Below, piece after piece: positions 48,060 to 60,512 of a stretch of 64,000 nt of DNA. Under the pieces are notes generated by a model that did no database searches, was not told the origin of the DNA, and saw only the letters and a list, made by a program, of their open reading frames with translations. The stretch's first letter is position 1. The number at the start of each line of letters is the position of its first letter. The translations under genes were made by a program, and so were the position numbers. Location of the stretch: assembly GCA_964019425.1 (NCBI GenBank), contig OZ025784.1, positions 186,001 through 250,000 on the forward strand. Direction: 5' to 3'. Source of the DNA: Flectonema sp. DT1601. Lineage: Eukaryota.

Positions 48060-50989
48060 TTACGACATTACTTCGAGTAGCTGTGGTAGATCTTTCGCCT
48101 TGTTATCATATTCAACAGCAAGTTCCTTAAAGGCAACCTTTGATTCAGGTGCAATGGGCGTATTGTTAAACTTTGTAATCCATCCAACAAGGAAGTCATC
48201 AACCAAAACACCAGCATCTTTGTTATCTTCATCTTTTTGTCGTTTTATGTTTTGAGATTCCAGTTGTTCGGTTTTACGTTTCGCAGCGGCGATGACAGGT
48301 TCTGGAAATTTTGTAATCTGAGCAACATTGATACCGTACGATTTACTACAAGGTCCAGGACAGACTTTATAAACCATTTTAAGCTCTCCAGCAGATGTTT
48401 CTGCTTTTACATGAAGGTTATTTACCTTTGGAATCTCATCAGCCATTACAGTAAGTTCATGAAAGTGAGTAGCAAACAGAGTGCAGCATCGGATGCTGTG
48501 AACTAAATGTTCAGCAATACCCCAGGCGAGACCGTATCCATCGTGAGTTGAGGTTCCTCTTCCCAACTCATCAACAATAACAAAACTATTCGACGTGGCA
48601 TTGCAAACAATCGCATTTGTCTCTAACATTTCAGCCATAAAAGTAGATATCCCCCTCGACATATAATCCGCAGCTCCCAATCTCGCTAAGACTGCATCGC
48701 ATATTGTTAAAGTCATTTCCTCACATGGGACGAACATTCCGATCTGAGCTAGTAACACACAGACACCAGCAGTTCTGATGTATGTACTTTTTCCTCCCAT
48801 GTTCGGACCAGTGATGAGAGATAAATAATTACTGTTAGATCCTAAATCCAGATCATTCGCTACGAATGCGTCTTCACCTCGCAGCATTAACTGATGCTCT
48901 ACTAGGGGATGTCTACCTTGTTTGATGGACAAGATACGAGGGTTGTCCCCTGTCGGGATTTCAAGTACCCTGTTTTTTTTGGTGTTTATTCGTACGAACA
49001 CTAATAAATCAATAGCAAATAATAAATGAAAAATCATACTTTGGTTTCACATATGCCTGTACAGCTGCACGCGTAGACACTATTGAAAAACTTATAAAAA
49101 CGTCCAAGTCTGCAATTAAATCAGCAACTTCATCCAAAGGCTCAATATACGATGCAAGTGTTTCTTTGAATTGATTTTCTAATTCAGACTATTTTTTTAT
49201 TGAAAGTTATTTTTTTTTTTTTATATTAACAATAGACAGCACAAAGTAAAACAACACACATACCTGACGATCTCGAGTACTTTCTGTGAGTTTCTTCCAT
49301 TGAGCATTGATATCACTCAACGTTGGACTTGTAAATTTTAAACCATCCTTACGCGACTCCAGCTGTTTTTTATTTTTTTTTTTTTTTTTTAGAAAGTTTT
49401 TATTTTTTCCATGATTATGTATTGACACATACTTTTCGCATTTTTTTATTTTTGTCCACAGCGGAGATTCCTTTTTTTGTTGCACGAAAATGGTGTCCAA
49501 GTTGAGCAGAATTCTCTAATTTAATTTCTTTGTCGGTGTGACCAATTTCTTGTAGAACTTTTTTAAATTCTTTATTCATTGCTGTGGAAAGAGCAACACG
49601 TTCATCTCGAAGTTCGGCTAAGTCGGCATCAAAATCAGGATTTATTCTGACTTCTTTGTCGTTCTCATCAACGACAAGTGATTGTTCTACAAGCTGTTCA
49701 AGAATAGTAAACGATTCTCCTATTTCTTGAAGTTTTTCAATATACTCATCAATTCTGTCTTTGTGATCTCCAGCATAAGCTTCAAGATATGTAATCATTT
49801 TCGGAACCAGAGCAACGAATCTTCCGATTTTTAAACAATCAGCCAGAGATGCTCTTTTTCTTTGAATTCTCTTTAAGATTCGATCCAAGTCAGGTACCTT
49901 CGATAGTACAGTACAGACTACCGCATCTCTAAGAAGCTGATCTTCGACAAAAACTGCCGTAATCTCTTGTCTTCTGCGAATGTCTTCAATGTTTAACAGC
50001 GGTTGTGTAAGCCATAGTTTTAATGTTCGACGTCCCATAGGAGTTGAGCAGCTGTCAAGAAAGCTTAACAGAGAACCTTTGTTTCTCTGAATGTTCTCTG
50101 TCTCATCATCGAATAAGTTGAGAGCTCTGACTGCTGCAAGATCAAGTTTCATATATTTAGAGAGGTCTTCTTTACGAACTGTATATTGTGTTTCATTTGT
50201 GTTATCAGATGTAAGTTCAGTGTGATCCAATACAGTACTCATTGATTGCCCTGCAAGTTGAGTTGATGTCATTAAATCATGAGCAGCATTACAGTGAGAG
50301 TCACGGAGTAGAAATTTTAACCTGTCTTCAAGTTCTCCCGCTACAATTTTGGCTTTGGTGAATTCTACTGAGATACCACTGCTTACGATAGTATCATGAA
50401 CCGTTTTATCTGTTTGAGAGGTATTCTTAGCCCCAGGAAGTAGTACTTCTCGCGCTCCTACTTGAAGCATAAATGCTTCTAAGTTAGTGCAACTTGAACC
50501 GTTTTCGCAAAATTCCGCATAGCCTAACAACCTCAATGTCTGATTCACATATGCACAACCAAACTGCATATCTCCAGCTGAAGTTACCGTGTATCGTATA
50601 GCCATAACACACCCAGCATCTTGAATATTGTGAATCGATCCAAATTTTGCTTCGAATTGCTCAAGACGACCTGGTGTGGCATGCATTATCCGATCGTATT
50701 TTTGACCTGATTGTTCGTATATTTCTACCTTATTACCTCGTGTACGAATTAGGTCCCATGCCATTGTTGGGAATACTTTAGCAGTGATATTTATGTACGG
50801 AATTTTATCGGATCCATGTTTTATCACAGTGGTGCTATGTAGATACTCTCTGGCAATTCCCTCCACTTGACTACCAAAAAACTGGTAGTAGAGAGTTGGT
50901 GCTTTTCCCTTTGAAATAAACCTAAATACATCAGCCACCTGATCAAGTCCTGCCAGGAACGCTGGCTGTTCCGTCTTTGTCTCGCCCAT
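48060..50989 (-). CDS. MSH2: DNA mismatch repair protein MSH2 (904 aa; introns 49363-49432, 49189-49263, 48970-49039)
   Basis: YMKLDLAAVRALNLF, TGPNMGGKSTYIR, STFMAEM, DELGRGTST, FATHFHEL; three introns give a 905-codon frame. Confidence 0.95.
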
Positions 50990-52022
50990 GTTTTTATCTC
51001 TTTTTTGTTTGTTTGTTTTTCTCCCCGAGCTCTGTTTAGAAAAAAAATCGTGTAATTTTAAACATAATAAATAACATGCACGAAGAGAATTGGAATAAAA
51101 TACACACAAAGTAATTTTGGTGTTGCTTTAGGACAGGGTAATAAATTACATAAATAGAATTTCAAGTCATCATTTGCGAAGACAATTCCGTAGAGAGGTC
51201 CCTTGAGTTTCCGTTCTGCACTGTAACACCACCAGCTGCTCAATCGTTTTCTCATAACCTCTCTCCAGACTCAACCTCAATCAACACAGCCTTCAGCTTA
51301 TTGTGCGTTTCACGTAAGGCATCAAGGACGCAGCCCACAGCTGGCTTCACCTCTCCGAAGCTTTTTTTACTACACATGAAATAGTTAGGGATACTAAACA
51401 CTGGCCTCGTAGTTCTTGTGGGTGATGAAGTTTCTAGTGCTCCTGAAATCCTGGTTAGATCCGCATTGTTCTGTGTACAACACAGACGCAGTTTGTTTAC
51501 TTTGAATCCTAGAAATTGACATCCAATTGTTATCTGACTCAAGTTGATCATAAATCACATGAATTGCATTGCTTTCGTTGCTGTTTGCAGACCACCATAT
51601 AGATTCTTTTTTGCGTCTCACTTGCGTCCTGGTCATGACTCTAAACTGACCAAGCTTCTCATTTTCTTGACAGAACAGGAACCCCGATACACATAAAACA
51701 TGTCAGCGATGTGTTTCTGAGTGGACCGATGAGGCGCACTTGTCCTTCTGGATCAGATGCCGCCTAAGCCTGGCTCGTTCTGAGACAGCAGCGTAAGACA
51801 CCTGGGTCATGGCTGGCAGATTTTTCAACTTCACAGCCCTTAAGCCATGACAGGGTACGTCTAGGGAAGAGATCGGTCCGCTCCTCATCGCGGCATGCGC
51901 GTGTAGAGGAAGGACGGGGGCTGTCACCACAATGTGACAAGACAGACACCACCACCGAAGAAGCAGCCGCCACCGATCCCTATGTGTGACTTGTGCGGCC
52001 AAAACAGCCACAACAAACACAA

Positions 52023-52458
52023 GAGTTAAGTTGCCAGGTGAGATTTGGACTGTTAGCTTTTGGCTTAGGCCCTCCCTGAAAAGCAAGAACAAAAAAACTA
52101 CTTGCACCGGAAGGAAACATACACAGAGAACACACATACAAGTACATCACATCGCTTGCTGAACCATCGATCTGCTTCCATCGTCCCTTGGCAAAAACAG
52201 GTAACGGAAAAAAAGTAAGAAAAACCTGTTTTAATTGTGTTGTAAGTTTAGCAGAGTATTTGAATAACAGGGAGAGAACAAGTGTTATTTTTAAAACAAT
52301 GCCAGGGAAGACAACGGAAGCATCGATATCGCTTCAGCAGATGCGAGTACCTGTAAGCTGTGTATTTTGTGTTTGTCACAACAGGAGAGAAAAGAAAGAA
52401 TGTCAAGGTTGATCACCTTGCCTATCAACGCACAACATTGGCAGTCTCTACAAGACCC
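52023..52458 (+). repeat. Diverged fragment of the family-2 terminal repeat (cf. 58281-58550), with a ~215-bp internal insertion
   Basis: ccaggtgagatttggactgttagcttttgg... and gtgtttgtcacaacaggagagaaaagaaag... are shared. Confidence 0.85.
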
Positions 52459-52574
52459 CTTAAAGCTTCTAAGTATTTCTGCTGAGTGTTTCTCACCTAG
52501 AATTTTTATTTTTTAACTGGTTTCACCCATCCCTCTTTATTACCTAAGTCTGACTACAAGACAATTTATAAAAC

Positions 52575-52700
52575 CAAAAAAAAAAAAAAAAAAGGAATAA
52601 ACAATGTTATCATTGTTTTTTTATCGATCGACTATGTCGATTAATTTCTATTTTCCGTCCTGGTCAAGACGCTAAACTGATTGTTTCTTTCTTTAAAAAA
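52575..52700 (-). repeat. Single inverted satellite monomer
   Basis: Reverse complement of the unit arrayed at 56872-64000. Confidence 0.9.
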
Positions 52701-52770
52701 AAAATTAAAAAAAAAAAGGGAAAACCTCTAATTCAACAAAAATAGTTTGCGAAATCGCCAACTCCCTACA

Positions 52771-52870
52771 AAAAAAAGTTGTCCACCAGGACTCGAACTT
52801 GACCCGAAAAATTGACCATCGGCCGAAATATTAGGGAAAAAAGTTACCACACCGGGACTCGAACTTGACC
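52771..52870 (-). promoter_or_regulatory. Two tandem Pol III B-box / tRNA 3'-half-like motifs, each followed by a T-run
   Basis: Minus strand GGTCAAGTTCGAGTCCCGGTGTGGTAACTTTTTT and GGTCAAGTTCGAGTCCTGGTGGACAACTTTTTTT. Confidence 0.45.
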
Positions 52871-52950
52871 GATTTTTTTTTAAAAAAAAATTCTTAATTT
52901 TTATTACAAAGTTTTTTTGTTGCAGCTTTCCACAAAAAAAAAATTAAAAG

Positions 52951-55884
52951 ATGCCTGCTACTTATGCTGTTGGAGACTACTTCCGCACACAGGAAGAACT
53001 GATCCAGACTGTGTTTCGGGTGAACACTGTGCTAGGACACAGCTGCAGGGTGCAGAGAAGGTGCCACCCTCGCCTGTCCAAACGACGAATGCCAATGGAC
53101 GGTGAAGGCAAAGGTGGTGGAGGGGGATTAACTGTTCGAGTTTGTACATAAAATACAAATGTTTTGTATCATAAACAACATAACGATAATTTAACATTAG
53201 TTCTGAGATACAGTGACTAAAGGTAATGTTAGTGTAGGTATACACTCTGCGATTGACGTAAATACTTTACATTATAATAAATGTTTCTAACTTAGCTGCA
53301 TACACATCTCTTTTTCCGTGTTGTCATTCAGTGCAGTACGGAATCGAGTTATTCAATTTTGAATTAATCGTGAGCCCTGGGAAACCAAAACCAGGGTATA
53401 ATGTAATACGGCAGAGTGTAGGTTTCACCTACAAATTACTTGCTTAAAATCAACAATTCTTTGAAAAAAATATGTTAGCAAAAATTGCTAGTTCGTAGCA
53501 CACTACTAGCGGAGCACTCACCTTAAATAAATTATGGTAGCGTTTTCCAGAATTCAGTTAGAAAATCTGAGGGGGTTGCATAATCCAACAAATAATGTTG
53601 GGGTGACGGCATCGACGGGTTTTGGGTTAAGACATTTAATTGGCAAAGTCCAGAGTGGGGAATGTATTCAAAAAGAAAACAATCATCCGTGTCCCTCTAT
53701 GTTCTATACGCGAACATGTTAGAGTTCTCACAAAATTGACCTTCATGGTTAAGGGTTACCTCAGTATTTTCTACCTGTAGTTTATGTAACAGGAATGTAC
53801 TTTCTTTCGATAAAGAAAACAAAATGACGTAAGACAGTTAGATTTACATTATTTGAATTATACGAATTACAATAATATTTTTCTCTAAATGTTGTCCTAA
53901 TTCAAAGGGGCTACGGGCCAACTCAGGTAACTGACAAAGAAACTTGATTTTATGCGTCCTTTGAAATCCTACATTCTGTTCTTTATTTTTATTTCATTTT
54001 CCGTGACATAATTTCTTTTATGCACGTGGGAAGAGAACGCCGCTACGACCAATGCTGCCTAAAGTTAGATCAGAGAAATTCCATTGTAACTCCGGAATAT
54101 CCGTGTATTGATTAGTAGTCATGGATTGATCTTTATATGGTCACTATTGTGATTAGAACTAAAGGTGTTTAATGATCAAGTTTCTGTCTCAAAATAAAAG
54201 GAGATGTAAAGAATTATTAATAACAAGAGCTAACATTTGGATGTATTGTATCCATAGTTGACTAATCAGTAACTGGATACACATCCTAGGCGCGTTGCGC
54301 CGGGCACAAATTTGCTTGCGTATATTTGCACCTGTACTCTGCTCACAAACGGGTTGTCGCGAAGCTTCAACCTGGGTACAGAGTGATGGGGGGTTAACTG
54401 TTCGAGTTTGTACATAAAATACAAATGTTTTGTATCATAAACAACATAACGATAATTTAACATTAGTTCTGAGATACAGTGACTAAAGGTAATGTTAGTG
54501 TAGGTATACACTCTGCGATTGACGTAAATACTTTACATTATAATAAATGTTTCTAACTTAGCTGCATACACATCTCTTTTTCCGTGTTGTCATTCAGTGC
54601 AGTACGGAATCGAGTTATTCAATTTTGAATTAATCGTGAGCCCTGGGAAACCAAAACCAGGGTATAATGTAATATGGCAGAGTGTAGGTTTCACCTACAA
54701 ATTACTTGCTTAAAATCAACAATTCTTTGAAAAAAATGGTGGAGGGGGAGTGCCGCGTGACGAAGGTGGAGAGTCACACTTGCGCACCTGGAAGCGAGGC
54801 GGGGCTGCGATGGCACGTCGGACTGGATTTCCAGTATTTTGTAAGAGAAGGTAGCCAGTCAATTTGACTACGGGCCGAAACAAGCGGCAATTGACTTAAA
54901 GTCATTCCGCGACGTTGCGGTCCCCAAAAAGACTGTGGAGAGGGGTCTGGAGAAAGCCAAGGAGAAGGTCCACGGGTTGATGGGCGAGCAGTACGGCCTG
55001 ATAGCACCGTACCTCACCGACCTCCAACAGCGCAACAGCCAGATGTACTGGAACATCGAGAAGAGAGATGATAGTGCCTTCGAGAGGGTGTTTTGGTCCT
55101 TTGTGAGGCCAGAAACAGCTGGGCACCTGGCACCTGTGATCTGCAGCGATGCATGTAGTCTGACGGGTCCGTTTGGTGGGTGCTTGTTCATCACCGTGGG
55201 GATCGACGCCGAAAGGCATGTTATGCCTTTAGCCTACTCGGTTGGAGTGTCGAAAACCACGAGGGATGGGCATACCACCACACCCACCTGAAGAACCATT
55301 TTGGCGACCGACTAAAAAGGTTCGTCTTGATTTCCGACAGGCAGAAGGGGCTGGAGTCTGACACCTCCCTGCACGGAGTCGTGTTGCACCATGCTTTGTG
55401 CGTGCAGCACTTGGTTGGCAACGTGGCCGGCCAGACCAAGATACCGAAGGTTGATGCGACGTTGTTAGTGTGGAAGATTAGCAAGCTAAGCATCGAAACA
55501 GAGGCCGAGACGTGCCTTCAAGGGATAAAGGACAAGTACGGAAAACGTGCCCATCGTTATCAGCTTAAGTCAAACCTTGAAAGGTGGTCAGACGCTTACT
55601 GGCCTTCGGGTGTCCCCAGATGCAACACCTACACCTCCAACGCGTCGGAATGCGTCAACGCAGTGTTCAAGGAGACTCGGCAAGGGAGTCCTTTATCTAT
55701 GATAAAGGACACCCGTTGTTGGACAACGAACACCTACACCAGCCGACGCGTGATGCATGCTGACGTTCCTGCGAACTATCCGGTTCCGACAGTGGAGTTG
55801 TTCGTTCGGGGGAGTGCCACCGCAGCAAACAACCATGCTAGTACAGTTCTTTTACTTTTCTTTGTCTGTTGGAATTCTATCTGA
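52951..55884 (+). pseudogene. Decayed Mutator-like (MULE) transposase, frameshifted and interrupted by an insertion
   Basis: VGDYFRTQEEL; zinc finger CPNDECQW...HTC across the insertion; FERVFW, VICSDA, GIDAERHVMPLAY, ISDRQKGL, CVQH, TSNASECVNA (DDE core). Confidence 0.9.
53128..54736 (+). mobile_element. Non-coding element (family 1): 344-bp terminal direct repeats, 13-bp TSD
   Basis: Repeats 53128-53471 and 54394-54737 (one substitution seen); TSD TGGTGGAGGGGGA at 53115-53127 and 54737-54749; ends in A7. Confidence 0.9.
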
Positions 55885-56134
55885 GAAAACCGGTAGTCTT
55901 TAAAATTGTAAGCCAAGTACAAGTTGCCTCCTGACGGGTATATTGTGGGTAGTTCGAAAATGTTGCACTCCAAAATATAACAAGACTCTACTCCACCCAC
56001 GTCAGGCGCATCTCTTGTCTTAGCCCTAGCATGCTGCGTTGGAACATTGTCACCAGCCCGATGGACCAAGTTGTAATTATTGCCATTGGTTTACTCATCA
56101 CTCTTCCGTGTGACGGCGGTTATTCCCTGCGTTG

Positions 56135-56421
56135 AGGCTAAGTCATTTGTAGTTCATAGTTTACCTTTGATTTTATAACTTCACAAACGATGAGAGATCC
56201 AGTGGGATCACTCAGGGTCTAGTAGAGACCACCAATGTTGTGCGTTGATAGGCAAGGTGACCAACCTTGACATTCTTTCTTTTCTCTCCTGTTGTGACAA
56301 ACACAAAATACACACACAGCTTACAGTGTGTTCTTTGTATATGTTTTCTTCAGGTGCGAGTAGTTTTTTTGTTCTTGCTCTTCAGGGAGGGCCTTAGCCA
56401 AAAGTTAACAGTCCAAATCTC
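56135..56421 (-). repeat. Inverted fragment of the family-2 element
   Basis: Reverse complement of ~58298-58597. Confidence 0.9.
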
Positions 56422-56445
56422 AATTAGTCGACAAAGTCGATCGAT

Positions 56446-56870
56446 AATTTCGATAAAGTGGGAAGTAACGGACTGGGAGCTTTTGGCTCCTGCCCTATTC
56501 CCGATGTAAACTTTCTTTTTATTTTTTATTTTTTTTAACAGGCCCAAAGGGCGACAATGATGGTTGCTGACCAAGGAATAATATTCAAATGAATTTTCGT
56601 TTCAAAGAAACGAACAGAATTAAGAGAGAAGCAGAGAAAAAAAAGAAAAAAAATATGAAGAGGAAATAATCAAACATGAAAAAAAAAAAAAAAAAATATA
56701 TAAATAAAAAAACGTTGTATGAAAAAGGAAAAAAAAAAATAAAGACCAGAAAAGGAAAGAGAAAATGAAAAGGTATAATATTATTGTGGGGATATGAGGG
56801 ATAGCAGGGAGATGCTCTTTTTTTTTTTTTTTTTTATTTTTTTTTTTTTTATTTATTATTTAAAAAAAAA
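56446..56870 (+). repeat. Duplicated segment (second copy 60690-61145), each followed by satellite
   Basis: aatttcgataaagtgggaagtaacggactgggagc... is near-identical apart from homopolymer lengths. Confidence 0.9.
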
Positions 56871-57826
56871 GGAAACAATCAGTTTAGTGTCTCGATCAGG
56901 ACGGAAAATAGAAATTAATCGACATAGTCGATCGATAGAAAAAAAAACAATGATAACATTGTTCATTCTTTTTTTTTTTTTTTTTTTTTTTTAAATCCTT
57001 TTAATTATTTTAAAGAAAAAACTTCCGTTTAGCGTCTTGACCAGGACAGAAAATAGAAAGTAATCGACATAGTCGATCGATAAAAAAAAAACAATGATAA
57101 CATTGTTTATTCCTTTTTTTTTTTTTTTTTTTTTTTTTTAACTTTTTATTTATTTCTTAAAGAAAAAACAATCAGTTTAGCGTCCTGACCAGGACGGAAA
57201 ATAGAAAGTAATCGGCATAGTCGATCGATAAAAAAAACAATGATAACATTGTTTATTCCTTTTTTTTTTTTTTTTTTTTTTTATCTTTTTATTTATTTTT
57301 AAAGAAAAAACAATCAGTTTAGCGTCCTGACCAGGACGGAAAATAGAAATTAGTCGACAAAGTCGATCGATAAGAAACAATGATAACATTGTTTATTCAT
57401 TTTTTTTTTTTTTTTTTTTATATTCTTTTTATTAATTTTTAAAAAAAAAAAAAAATCAGTTTAGCGTCTTGACCAGGACGGAAAGTAGACAGTAATCGAC
57501 AAAGTCGATCGATAAAAAAAACAATGATAACATTGTTTATTTCTTTTTTTTTTTTTTTTTTTTTATATCTTTTATTTATTTTTTAAAAGAATAAACAATC
57601 AGTTTAGCGTCTTGACCAGGACGGAAAATAGAAATTAGTCGACAAAGTCGTTCGATAAGAAACAATGATAACATTGTTTATTCATTTTTTTTTTTTTTTT
57701 TTTTATTCTTTTTTATTTATTTTTTAAAGAAAAAAATAATCAGTTTAGCGTCTTGACCAGGACGGAAAATAGAAATTAGTCGACAAAGTCGATCGATAAA
57801 AAAAAACAATGATAACATTGTTTATT

Positions 57827-57859
<33 letters not shown>

Positions 57860-58228
57860 TCTTTTATTTATTTTTAAAGAAAAAACAATCAGTTTAGCGT
57901 CTTGACCAGGACGGAAAATAGAAATTAGTCGACAAAGTCGATCGATAAGAAACAATGATAACATTGTTTATTCTTTTTTTTTTATTTTTTTTTTTTATAT
58001 TCTTTTTATTTATTTTTTAAAGAAAAGAAAACGGAAAATAGAAATTAGTCGACAGAGTCGATCGATAAAAAAACAATGATAACATTGTTTATTCTTTTTT
58101 TTTTTTTTTTTTTTTTATTCTTTTTATTTATTTTTAGAAAAACAATCAGTTTAGCGTCTTGACCAGGACGGAAAATAGAAATTAGTCGACAAAGCCGATC
58201 GATAAAAACAATGATAACATTGTTTATT

Positions 58229-58262
<34 letters not shown>

Positions 58263-58280
58263 TTTTTTTTTAATTTATTT

Positions 58281-59906
58281 TGAGTTGAATTTCCAGGTGA
58301 GATTTGGACTGTTAGCTTTTGGCTAAGGCCCTCCCTGAAGAGCAAGAACAAAAAAACTACTCACACCTGAAGAAAACATACACAAAGAACACACTGTAAG
58401 CTGTGTGTGTATTTTGTGTTTGTCACAACAGGAGAGAAAAGAAAGAATGTCAAGGTTGGTCACCTTGCCTATCAACGCACAACATTGGTGGTCTCTACTA
58501 GACCCTGAGTGATCCCACTGGATCTCTCATCGTTCATAGTACCCTGTGTGAAGTTATAAAATCAAAGGTAAACTATGAACTACAAATGACTTAGCCTGTT
58601 ATTATAATGCCACAGGCAGGCCCTGCATTCAGCAACTATCCAGCAGTGCTTGGATGTCCTGATCTTCTTCTAAAAAAAAGAAAGAAAAACAAAACTGTAG
58701 CTGGGATCACTCAGGATCAACAGACTACCAATGCTACCTGTTGTACTTGCTCACTATGGGGGGTGATGCCAAACACCCAGAAGTACTTAACTACTTTCCT
58801 TCTTGCTGCCCAGGAGTTTCTGACCAGAACTAATAGAAAATAAAAAGTAGATGGGAAACAATAAAAAGTAAAATGCATATAACTGAAGTTAAACAAGACA
58901 AATGAAGTAACAGACCAGAACAGAAAGAGGATTGTAATAGAAGATTACAAATAAAAAAATGCAAGTATCAACACATAATCAAGATACACCAGCAGCTAAC
59001 AAACAACATAAAATTGAAGATCAGTTGCCAGAGTATTTCAACCATGGTAGAATACTCGCCCCTCTGGCAGGGATTATCCCAGACTTGTCCTTTAATTTAG
59101 TTGGACACCATGGCTTACAACCCTTCCAGAGGGAAGCACCATTATGACTTCTATTTTTTTTCTTCAAGAAAATCATAAGGTGGGAACAAAGAAAAATGCT
59201 AAGAGGAACCCCCTATTAACACCTAAGACATCTAAACTGCAGCCCAGCCTATGCCCAATGCACTAACAGGTCATTCCCTCACACTCAGATCAAAAAATCA
59301 AAGTTCAGAGTGCATCTTAGCGTGAATGAGAGAATTTCCTCCCGCTTATTTTGAACAAAAGGGATAGGAGAAGGGATAGAAAACGAACATAAAAATAAAA
59401 TTCTAAGTGAGAAACACTTAGCAGAAACACTTAGCAGCTTTTAAGGAGCTGAAAAGCAAAAAAAAAATCTAAGTGAGAAACACTTAGTAGAAACAATTTG
59501 TAGCTAATTAAGCTGAAAATAAAAAAATAAAAAAATTCTAAGTGAGAAATACTTAGCAACTTTTAGAACAAATATTTCAGTAAATAACCTGTAATGATTA
59601 AACCATTACAAGTTTGATGCCAAAACTGACAAGGACTGAGTTGAATTTCCAGGTGAGATTTGGACTGTTAGCTTTTGGCTAAGGCCCTCCCTGAAGAGCA
59701 AGAACAAAAAAACTACTCACACCTGAAGAAAACATACACAAAGAACACACTGTAAGCTGTGTGTGTATTTTGTGTTTGTCACAACAGGAGAGAAAAGAAA
59801 GAATGTCAAGGTTGGTCACCTTGCCTATCAACGCACAACATTGGTGGTCTCTACTAGACCCTGAGTGATCCCACTGGATCTCTCATCGTTCATAGTACCC
59901 TGTGTG
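58281..59906 (+). mobile_element. Non-coding element (family 2): 270-bp terminal direct repeats, inserted in the satellite
   Basis: 58281-58550 matches 59637-59906; the flanks join into a satellite monomer; no TSD seen. Confidence 0.75.
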
Positions 59907-60512
59907 GAAAGAAGAAACAATCAATTTAGCGTCTTGACCAGGACGGAAAATAGAAAGTAATCGACATAGTCGATCGATAAAAAAACAATGATAACATTGT
60001 TTATTCTTTTTTTTTTTTTTTTTTTTAAATTCTTTTTATTTATTTTTAAGAAAAAAAAACGGAAAATAGAAATTAGTCGACAAAGTCGAACGATATAAAA
60101 ACAATGATAACATTGTTTATTCTTTTTTTTTATTTTCTTTTTTTATATTCTTTTTTATTAATTTTGAAAAAAAAAAAACAATCAGTTTAGCGTCTTGACC
60201 AGGACGGAAAATAGAAAGTAATCGACATAGTCGATCGATAAAAAAACAATGATAACATTGTTTATTCTTTTATAATTTTTTATTTATTTTTTTGTTTTAA
60301 AAAAAAAAAAAAAAAAACAAGCGGAATTGATCATAATGGGTGGTAGGGGTTGTTATAACTTCGTTTGAAAATTCTTCTTTTTTGATTTCTTTTTTTTTTT
60401 TCTTTTTACAGGAGTTAAGATCACTTTCAGGAGACAACACATTAACAAGAGCAGCAAGCAGAGTTGACACTATCAATTCAAATTTGAAATACCGGGAATT
60501 AATTTACAAGGA

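Noticed and set aside
52771..52870. Complete tRNA genes
   Set aside because: Only the T-loop/B-box and a 3' stretch are present; no D-arm or anticodon arm
53310..53345. Hammerhead ribozyme core (minus-strand CTGAATGA)
   Set aside because: It does not match CUGANGA, and no stem II-GAAA-stem III arrangement could be built
56211..56226. CAGGGTCTAGTA resembling the trypanosome ingi/L1Tc Pr77 HDV-ribozyme hallmark
   Set aside because: Only ~12 nt match, with no upstream CCCTG partner or nested pseudoknot
58334..58372. Two CTGAAGA motifs as hammerhead cores
   Set aside because: They are followed by GAAC with no stem II or III; the second lies within a different predicted stem
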